Assembly (NCBI GenBank): GCA_934749845.1
Contig: CAKVHQ010000006.1
Coordinates: forward strand, 6,194-70,193
Length of the DNA: 64,000 nt
Source: an uncultured Clostridia bacterium
Lineage (GTDB): Bacteria > Bacillota > Clostridia > Christensenellales > UBA1242
Direction of reading: 5' to 3'
Part shown: piece after piece, positions 57,067 through 64,000 of the stretch
Layout: each line of letters begins with the position of its first letter
Position numbering within the stretch: position 1 is the stretch's first letter
The notes under the pieces: generated by a model
What the model was told of the DNA's origin: nothing
The model's input: only the letters and a program-made list of their open reading frames with translations
Database searches by the model: none
Made by a program: the position numbers and the translations under genes

Positions 57067-58341
57067 CTATTTAACCTTTTTTCTTTTTAAATTTTTTTCT
57101 CTACCATTTTTTAATGGCTCATAATACACCCTATCTTTTAGTTCATTAGGCAAATACTGTTGCTTAACATATCCACCGTAATCGTGAGGGTACTTATATT
57201 TCCCGCTTCCATCATCATTGGTTGAAGGATGATTTTTTAATGCATTTGGAACTATTACTTTTTTAACATTTTTTGCATCTTCCAACGCCCTATTTTCTGC
57301 AACGATAACAGAATTGCTTTTATCTGCTTCGCAAGCATAAATTATTGCGTGTGTCATGGGAATTAACCCTTCTGGTTTTCCCATATGCTCATAAGCCGTT
57401 AAAGCACTAACTGCAAGCAATAATGCGTTGCTATCTGCCATGCCAATATCTTCGCTTGTATGTGCAATTAACCTTCTTAAGATAATCAAAGGGTCAACCC
57501 CGCACTCAATAAGCCTAAATGCATAAAATAACGCACCTTCAGCATCACTTCCACGAATGCTTTTGCAAAACGCCGATAACATATCATAGTATTCATCTTC
57601 ACTAATTGCCATAACCTTTTTTTCTAGGCAATCTGCAATAATAACTTTGGTTAATACTATTTTGCCGTCAGTTAACGCACAAGTTGAGCAGGCTAATTCC
57701 AAACCATTCAAAGCCATTCTTAAATCACCGCCCACACTAAAAGCCAAAAAGTCTAATGCATCTGGAAGAATTTCAATTTTTAAATTGCCTAAACCGTCAG
57801 GCGATTTAATCGCATTTAACACAGCAAGTTTAATGTCGTTTTTATCAAGAGGCTTAAATTCAAAAACCTTGCACCTAGAAACAATCGCCCTAGTCATGTT
57901 TGTAAATGGATTTTCTGTTGTTGAACCAATAAAGATTATTGAGCCATCTTCTATTGCTTCTAACATACTGTCACTTTGAGCCTTGTTAAACCTATGACAT
58001 TCGTCAAGCAAAAGATAAGTGCGTTTGCCATAAAGTTTAAGGTTGGTTCTAGCTTCTTCAATCACCTGTTTAACTTCGCCAACATTGGAAGAAACTGCAT
58101 TTAGTTTTCTAAAATTTGCATTACAATTTTTTGCAATTATGTTTGCTAGCGTTGTTTTGCCAGTGCCCGGTGGTCCAAAGAAAATGCAAGAACCAAGCGT
58201 GCCTTTTAAAATGGCTTGCTTAATTATTCCACCATCCTTAATAATATGCTTTTGCCCAACAAATTGGTCTAAACTTTGAGGTCTAACCCTGTCTGCTAAG
58301 GGAGCATATTTTTTTGTGTTTTGAGAAAATAAATCTTCCAT
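57067..58341 (-). CDS. rarA: replication-associated recombination protein A (AAA+ ATPase)
   Basis: PLADRVRPQSLDQFVGQ, Walker A GPPGTGKTTLA, Walker B LLDECHRFNK, and the MgsA C-terminal domain. Confidence 0.92.
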   Translation of the reverse strand: MEDLFSQNTKKYAPLADRVRPQSLDQFVGQKHIIKDGGIIKQAILKGTLGSCIFFGPPGTGKTTLANIIAKNCNANFRKLNAVSSNVGEVKQVIEEARTNLKLYGKRTYLLLDECHRFNKAQSDSMLEAIEDGSIIFIGSTTENPFTNMTRAIVSRCKVFEFKPLDKNDIKLAVLNAIKSPDGLGNLKIEILPDALDFLAFSVGGDLRMALNGLELACSTCALTDGKIVLTKVIIADCLEKKVMAISEDEYYDMLSAFCKSIRGSDAEGALFYAFRLIECGVDPLIILRRLIAHTSEDIGMADSNALLLAVSALTAYEHMGKPEGLIPMTHAIIYACEADKSNSVIVAENRALEDAKNVKKVIVPNALKNHPSTNDDGSGKYKYPHDYGGYVKQQYLPNELKDRVYYEPLKNGREKNLKRKKVK

Positions 58342-58427
58342 GCATATATTATATCAAATATTTTTTAAATTGCAATAGAAAACAAATTTTTCTTTCAATT
58401 AAAAAACAGCGTTTGTCGCTGTCTTTA

Positions 58428-58712
58428 TTATGAAAATACGCTTCCACCCGCGATAATAGCAAGTATTACAAATATGAAATATACAAGCAGTAAAATGCAT
58501 AGGCTGATTATTGCACCAACTATTAGCCTTTTGGCACACATTGGCTTTTTTGTTCGCCAAACAAAATATAAAACTATTGCAACTATAGGCAAAACTAGCG
58601 CGAACACAAACCACCAAAAAGAATTGCTATCTTTAATGGCAATTTTTTTACAATTTGGACAAATTCCACTTTCGGTCATTTCGCCATCGCATTGTGGACA
58701 TTTCATTTGCAA
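58428..58712 (-). CDS. zinc-ribbon plus 2-TM small protein (94 aa)
   Basis: CPQCDGEMTESGICPNC followed by two hydrophobic helices. The overlapping ORFs at 58399..58617 and 58474..58740 were rejected. Confidence 0.5.
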   Translation of the reverse strand: MQMKCPQCDGEMTESGICPNCKKIAIKDSNSFWWFVFALVLPIVAIVLYFVWRTKKPMCAKRLIVGAIISLCILLLVYFIFVILAIIAGGSVFS

Positions 58713-58758
58713 ACCTCCTATTAAGAAAAAGTATCAATAAAATTGATACTCAATCTCA

Positions 58759-60138
58759 TTAGTATAAACAATTATTTGGTGTTCGTGGGAATGGAATTGC
58801 ATCACGAATATTATCAATTCCTGTTAAATACATGATAAGTCTTTCAAAGCCCATTCCAAAACCCGAGTGAACGCAAGTGCCAAATTTTCTCAAATTCAAG
58901 TACCAATCAATCGCTTCTGTAGCAACTCCAAGTTCTTTACATCTTGCAACTAATTTATCATAGTTCTCTTCTCTTTGACTTCCGCCCATCAATTCGCCCG
59001 AACCTGGAACAAGCAAGTCGACCGCAGCAACTGTTTTATTGTCTGGGTTAAGTTTCATGTAGTAAGATTTAATTTCTTTTGGCCAATTTTTAACAAATAC
59101 TGGTCCATTAAAATGCTCGGTTAAATATTTTTCATGTTCTTTTGCAAGGTCGCCACCTTCTTCTGGCTCGAACTCCCATTTAACTTTTGCTTGTTTAAGA
59201 AGTTTAATTGCGTCAGCATGGTCTATTCTTACAAACTTGCTATTTACTATGCCATTCAATTTATCAATTAAGCCTTTTTGCACAAAAGTATCTAAAAATT
59301 TCAAATCATCTGGGGCTTTTTCCAAAACATATTTAGTAATAAACTTTAATGAATCTTCTTCGATATCCATAAGCATATCAAGGTCGCAGAAGGAAATTTC
59401 TGGCTCTATCATCCAAAACTCGTTTGCATGGGTTTTGGTGTTAGAATTTTCTGTTCTAAATGTTGGTCCAAAAGTGTATATCTTGTTAAACGCACTTGCC
59501 ATTGCTTCGCCATGAAGTTGTCCACTGCCTGTGATGTATGCCAATTTGCCAAACAAGTCCTTTTTAATATCAACTGTTCCGTCTTCTTTTTTTGGTAAAT
59601 TATCAAAGTTTAATGTGGTAATTTTAAACATTTGGTCAGAACCTTCACAGTCTGCAGTTGTAATTAAAGGAGTGTGAACATAAACATATCCATTTTGTTG
59701 GAAATATGTGTGAATTGCCATTGATGCCAAACTTCTAATTCTAAACACGGCTTGAAATAAGTTTGTTCGTGGTCTTAAATATGCTTGTTCACGCAAAAAC
59801 TCTCTTGAGTGTGGTTTTGGTTGAATTGGATAGTCATCAGTGCAATCGCCTAGCAAAACTAACTTTGATACCTTAACTTCAAACAACTGGTTTTTGCCTT
59901 GAGATTTAATAACTTTTCCTTCAACTTCGATGCACGAACCAATTTTAAATTTTTGAACTTCATCAAAATTTTCAATATCTTGCTCGTATACAACTTGAAC
60001 TGTTTTAAAACAAGTGCCATCAAAAAAATCTATAAAGCCAAAATTCTTTTGTTTTCTGTGATTTTTTACCCAGCCTTTCAAAGACACTTGTTTGTCCAAA
60101 TATTTTTCATAATCTTCGTTTAAATGCTTTAAATCCAT
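58759..60138 (-). CDS. asnS: asparagine--tRNA ligase
   Basis: Class IIb: an N-terminal OB domain (GWVKNHRKQKNFGFIDFFDG), YPIQPKPHSREFLREQAYLRPRT, motifs 2 and 3, and a C-terminal PFPRTPN. The size is about 460 aa. Confidence 0.9.
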   Translation of the reverse strand: MDLKHLNEDYEKYLDKQVSLKGWVKNHRKQKNFGFIDFFDGTCFKTVQVVYEQDIENFDEVQKFKIGSCIEVEGKVIKSQGKNQLFEVKVSKLVLLGDCTDDYPIQPKPHSREFLREQAYLRPRTNLFQAVFRIRSLASMAIHTYFQQNGYVYVHTPLITTADCEGSDQMFKITTLNFDNLPKKEDGTVDIKKDLFGKLAYITGSGQLHGEAMASAFNKIYTFGPTFRTENSNTKTHANEFWMIEPEISFCDLDMLMDIEEDSLKFITKYVLEKAPDDLKFLDTFVQKGLIDKLNGIVNSKFVRIDHADAIKLLKQAKVKWEFEPEEGGDLAKEHEKYLTEHFNGPVFVKNWPKEIKSYYMKLNPDNKTVAAVDLLVPGSGELMGGSQREENYDKLVARCKELGVATEAIDWYLNLRKFGTCVHSGFGMGFERLIMYLTGIDNIRDAIPFPRTPNNCLY

Positions 60139-60210
60139 ATCGTTCTCCTGAATTTGATTATAATTTTATTAGTTTTTTATGTCAAGCAAAGTTTGCGCAT
60201 AGCCTTTAAG

Positions 60211-60552
60211 TTAGGCTGGTGACCAACCAAGTGCCTGACCACCAACAATATGCACATGCAAGTGTGGCACACTTTGCCCTGCATCATCGCCTTGATTTAT
60301 TATCATTCTGTAGCCTTTTTCAAGTCCTAAATTATTTGCTATCAAAGGAATAGTTTTAAAAATGTCTAATAGCATTTTTTCGCCTTCAGCGTCCATTTCG
60401 CTTAACAATTTAAAATGCTTTTTTGGTATTGCAAGATAGTGATATTTTGCCTTTGGCTCAATATCGCAAATAACAAAGAAATTGTCATTTTCAAAAACTT
60501 TTTTTGAAGGTATTTCGCCTTTATTTATTTTACAGAATATACAGTCACACAT
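60211..60552 (-). CDS. HIT-family (histidine triad) nucleotide hydrolase
   Basis: CIFCKI...GQSVPHLHVHIVGG. Confidence 0.9.
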   Translation of the reverse strand: MCDCIFCKINKGEIPSKKVFENDNFFVICDIEPKAKYHYLAIPKKHFKLLSEMDAEGEKMLLDIFKTIPLIANNLGLEKGYRMIINQGDDAGQSVPHLHVHIVGGQALGWSPA

Positions 60553-60566
60553 AAAATTTTCTCCTT

Positions 60567-61850
60567 TTATTCAATTATTCCAATAACGCCATCTTTATAA
60601 ATGTCGCCAATTTTTACATTAACAAAGTCGTACATTTTTGCATTTTTTGGCAAGTAAACCTTTATGTAATTTTCGGTATAGCCAACAACATTGTTTTCAT
60701 CAATGGTTTCAGTTAAAACAACCTGTTTTTTGCCTTTCATATAGTTTAAGTACTCACTATGAAATTGATTATCCAGTTGTTCCAAAATTTTAACCCGCTT
60801 CTTCTTCACATCTCCACTTATTTGCTTCATTCGTGATGCTTTTGTGCCTTGCCTTGAACTATATGGGAATATGTGCATCTTAAAAAATCTTGCTTTTTTT
60901 ATAGTGTCAATAGTCTGTTCAAAATCCTCTTCGGTTTCGGTTGGAAAGCCAACAATAACATCGGTGGTTATGCTTGCATCAGGAAAATATTTCCTAATCA
61001 ATTCAACCTTTTTTAAGTACTCGTCCACTTTATAGTGCCTATTCATTAACTCTAAAATTCTGTCGCATCCACTTTGCATGGATAAATGAAATTGTGGGCA
61101 GAAATTTGGCATATCTTTTAGTGTCTTTAAAAAATCATCGTCGATAACATTAACTTCAAGCGAACCTATTCTAATTCGAGATTTCAAGTGCGAAAGTGCT
61201 TTTAAAACTTCGCCCAAACTTAATTTTTCGCCAATTTTATAGTCACTCATGTTAATTCCTGTTAACACAATTTCGCCGTTTGTTTGGCTTAAAATTTCGG
61301 CTTCTTTAACTATTTCACATAGTTCTCGACTTCTACTTCTTCCCCTAACAAAAGGGATTAAACAATACGAACAAAAATTGTTGCAACCGTCTTGAATTTT
61401 TAAATATGCTCGTGTTCTAGAAGTTGTGTTAGCCTTAAAATTATCATATTCAAGCGTCATTTTTTCATAGTGATTACGCTCATCACTTGTGCTTTGATTG
61501 TTTATATAATTATCTAAAAATGAACTAATTTTGTTTTTATAGCCGTTTCCAGAAACATAAATCACGCTAGGATTTTTTAAAAATTGCTCTTGATTATGCT
61601 CACTTGCACAACCACAAATTAAAATTTTTGCATTAGGATTTTTATTTAAAATTTTAGTCATGTAACTTCTGCTTTTATGCTCTGCTTCGTTGGTGACAGC
61701 ACAAGTGTTCAAAATGTAATAATCGGCCATGCAAAAATTAGTGACGGCATCGTAACCCATACTAACGAGTTCTTCCTTGATTGCGCCACTTTCGTACTGG
61801 CTTACCTTACAGCCTAATGTAATTACGCTAACTTTAATTTTTTCACTCAT
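60567..61850 (-). CDS. mtaB: tRNA (t6A37) methylthiotransferase
   Basis: UPF0004 N-domain (VITLGCKVSQYES) and the radical-SAM motif CNNFCSYCLIP. It shows the conserved synteny dnaJ-(prmA)-rsmE-mtaB. Confidence 0.85.
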   Translation of the reverse strand: MSEKIKVSVITLGCKVSQYESGAIKEELVSMGYDAVTNFCMADYYILNTCAVTNEAEHKSRSYMTKILNKNPNAKILICGCASEHNQEQFLKNPSVIYVSGNGYKNKISSFLDNYINNQSTSDERNHYEKMTLEYDNFKANTTSRTRAYLKIQDGCNNFCSYCLIPFVRGRSRSRELCEIVKEAEILSQTNGEIVLTGINMSDYKIGEKLSLGEVLKALSHLKSRIRIGSLEVNVIDDDFLKTLKDMPNFCPQFHLSMQSGCDRILELMNRHYKVDEYLKKVELIRKYFPDASITTDVIVGFPTETEEDFEQTIDTIKKARFFKMHIFPYSSRQGTKASRMKQISGDVKKKRVKILEQLDNQFHSEYLNYMKGKKQVVLTETIDENNVVGYTENYIKVYLPKNAKMYDFVNVKIGDIYKDGVIGIIE

Positions 61851-62595
61851 TCAAATTCCATTCCCCAAGGCAAAACATAACAGCACTTGTTAGTGCAATG
61901 CTTGCAGTTTCTGCTCTCAAAATTCTTTCTCCCAGCGAAACTGTTTTAACACTTGGAATTTTTGATAGTTCTTCAACTTCGGCTTCACTAAATCCACCTT
62001 CGCTTCCAACTATAATTGCCACATTATTTGCTTTTTTTGTTTTTTCATTAAACATATTTGCGGATAAACTGTATTTTGCCTTTTCATACGCAAACACAAC
62101 AATATCATACTTGTTCAAACAATCCAGCATTTGCTCAAAAGTGCAAACATTTTGTATTTTAACTTTTTTTGCTCGACCGCACTGTTTTAATGCTTCTATG
62201 CTTATTTTATCAAGCCTATCCAGCCTTGTGGTGCTTTTTTTAACTTGGCAAAACTCACTTTCAAAAGGGATAATTTCGTTAACGCCTAGTTCTGTTAATT
62301 TTTGAGTTATCAACTCAAACTTATCGCCTTTAACCAATGCTTGAAACACCGCAACATTAGTTTTTGCCTCTGCTTTTGACTGTTGCTTGTTTTCAATTTT
62401 AATTGTAAAAGAATTTTTTGAAATATTGTCAATCACTGCCGTGTAGTCGTAGCCATAACCATCAATAAGGCAAAGTTCATCGCCTTTTTTGTGCCTTAAG
62501 ACTTTTATAGCATGAACAAACTCATCGCCACCAAGTTCAAGCGATTGCCCAATTTCATAACCTTTTTCACATTCTAAATAAAACTTTCTTGCCAT
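61843..62595 (-). CDS. rsmE: 16S rRNA (uracil1498-N3)-methyltransferase
   Basis: PUA-like N-terminus (HAIKVLRHKKGDEL) and a SPOUT C-terminus (IIVGSEGGFSEAEV...LGERILRAETASIA). Confidence 0.88.
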   Translation of the reverse strand: MARKFYLECEKGYEIGQSLELGGDEFVHAIKVLRHKKGDELCLIDGYGYDYTAVIDNISKNSFTIKIENKQQSKAEAKTNVAVFQALVKGDKFELITQKLTELGVNEIIPFESEFCQVKKSTTRLDRLDKISIEALKQCGRAKKVKIQNVCTFEQMLDCLNKYDIVVFAYEKAKYSLSANMFNEKTKKANNVAIIVGSEGGFSEAEVEELSKIPSVKTVSLGERILRAETASIALTSAVMFCLGEWNLNE

Positions 62596-62596
62596 A

Positions 62597-62878
62597 CTAT
62601 TTCTTTTTCTTGTTTATTGCCCCACAAGACTTGCATTTGTTATCATTTTCGTCAAGTTCGCCACCGCAATACTCGCAATAGTTTTTGTACTTATCTGGAT
62701 TTAATGATTTGTTAATAGATAGTTTAATGTTATCTATAATTTTATTATCGTCAACGCCATCAACCCCAAAATCTTTTCTCATATTTTTAGATTTTTTAAT
62801 AATAGTAACAAAAACGGTAATGAAAATTACAAAAAATATAACCGCAAAAATAATCGGAATAAAAAAATACCACTCCAT
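62597..62878 (-). CDS. TM plus zinc-ribbon small protein (93 aa)
   Basis: An N-terminal TM (WYFFIPIIFAVIFFVIFITVFVTII) and a C-terminal CEYCGGELDENDNKCKSCG. Confidence 0.5.
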   Translation of the reverse strand: MEWYFFIPIIFAVIFFVIFITVFVTIIKKSKNMRKDFGVDGVDDNKIIDNIKLSINKSLNPDKYKNYCEYCGGELDENDNKCKSCGAINKKKK

Positions 62879-62972
62879 ATTTAACTCCTTATAGTTTGAT
62901 TATATCAAAAAAATGTAAAAGTTGTTAACACTTTTACACTTTTTTTATCTAAATTATTTGCCTATTTTTTAT

Positions 62973-64000
62973 TTATAGTTTGCTTAAATAGTCTTTATAC
63001 TTTGAATAGCTGTTTTGTGAAATTAACGAAGCAATTTCTTCTAGTTTTTGTTTTGTTTGCCTATCTAACGATTTTGGAATTTCAACAATAACTTTAACTT
63101 TCAAATCGCCACGACTATCCTTTTTGTTAAGTTTTGGAACACCTTTTCCACGAAGATTAAAAGTTGTGTTGGTTTGAGTTAATGCAGGAATAACAAGTTC
63201 GATAGTTTCGTTTATCCCTGGAATTTTAATTTTTCCTCCAAGCAAACTTGTTGTAAATGGAATTGGCACATCAACCAATAAGTCGTAGCCTTCACGCCTT
63301 AACAAAGTGTGTGGAGTAACTGTGATATACAGTTTCAAGTCGCCTTTTGCACCCTTTGTTCCGTTTGCGTGACCTTCTCCTTTCAAAGTTAAAACTTGTT
63401 CGTTATCAATTCCCGCAGGAATGGAAACGCTTATGGTTGCATCCTTTCTTTCTGTGCCTGTTCCGCCACAAAATTCGCATTTGTTTTTAATTTTCTTTCC
63501 TGTTCCGCCACAATCTTGGCAAGGTCCAACATTAACAACTCTGCCTAAAAATGTTTGTTGAGAATATCTAACTTGACCTGTTCCATTACATGTTGGGCAA
63601 GTTACAACATCGCCAGCATTTTTAGCGCCTGTTCCATCGCAATGCGAACACTTTTCAATTCGGCTAACTTTTATTGTTTTTTTACAGCCCGTACATGCTT
63701 CCATAAAACTTAAAGTTAGTCTTAAACTAATGTCTTCTCCAGCAACGGTTTGAGCAGTTTTCGTTCTTCTTCCCGAGCCAAAACCACCAAACAAATCGTC
63801 AAAAATGCTTCCAAAACCGCCAAAGTCTTCTGCCGAAAAATTACCAAAATTTCCAGAAAATCCGCCACCATGAGAGAAGCCACCAAAACCACCTGCTCCA
63901 AATGGATTTCCATCAGCCGAGCCAAACTGGTCATAGTTTTTACGCTTTTGCTCATCTCCTAAAACTTCATAGGCTTCGTTTATTTCTTTAAACTTTGCAG
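62973..64000 (-). CDS. dnaJ: molecular chaperone DnaJ, with its 5' end outside the window
   Basis: The reading frame stays open to the window edge (KFKEINEAYEVLGDEQKRKNYDQFG, the end of the J-domain). It continues through a G/F-rich region, four CxxCxGxG zinc repeats (CSHCDGTG, CPTCNGTG, CQDCGGTG, CEFCGGTG) and the C-terminal domains. Confidence 0.95.
   Translation of the reverse strand, partial: AKFKEINEAYEVLGDEQKRKNYDQFGSADGNPFGAGGFGGFSHGGGFSGNFGNFSAEDFGGFGSIFDDLFGGFGSGRRTKTAQTVAGEDISLRLTLSFMEACTGCKKTIKVSRIEKCSHCDGTGAKNAGDVVTCPTCNGTGQVRYSQQTFLGRVVNVGPCQDCGGTGKKIKNKCEFCGGTGTERKDATISVSIPAGIDNEQVLTLKGEGHANGTKGAKGDLKLYITVTPHTLLRREGYDLLVDVPIPFTTSLLGGKIKIPGINETIELVIPALTQTNTTFNLRGKGVPKLNKKDSRGDLKVKVIVEIPKSLDRQTKQKLEEIASLISQNSYSKYKDYLSKL

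Overview
This is an AT-rich window in the standard genetic code, and most genes lie on the minus strand. It looks like a low-GC Firmicutes (Clostridia-like) chromosome, because it carries an uninterrupted pro-sigma-K gene, a PdaB-like deacetylase, SepF, and a dnaG-sigA-trmK block in Bacillus/Clostridium order. Most of the window is housekeeping: argS, RNase J, topo IV-like parE/parC, murG/ddl/murF-like, tsaE/tsaB-rimI, groESL, ung, trxB, rplM-rpsI, lepA, rarA, asnS and mtaB-rsmE-dnaJ. There are two structured RNA genes, RNase P RNA (about 5033-5376, minus) and a long-type SRP RNA (about 48376-48639, plus). I saw no tRNA, rRNA or CRISPR array. The main accessory feature is a compact one-strand operon of about 9 kb (11171-20263). 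It encodes TerL, a TerS-like protein, portal, scaffold, an HK97-like major capsid protein, three unknown probable structural proteins and two holin-like peptides. I could not recognise an integrase, replication or lysogeny module, tape measure, tail tube, baseplate or endolysin in it or next to it. Its capsid gene is cut into two pieces by a single in-frame TAA followed directly by ATG. Secondary observations include a MurF-like ligase with a five-helix membrane N-terminus, a HEPN(RX4H)-CBS protein translationally coupled to an RluA-type pseudouridine synthase, paralogous XRE repressors with AGTAG/CTACT palindromic operators, and long charged N-terminal extensions on RNase J and ParC. All functional calls rest on motif recognition by eye, and no database search was possible.
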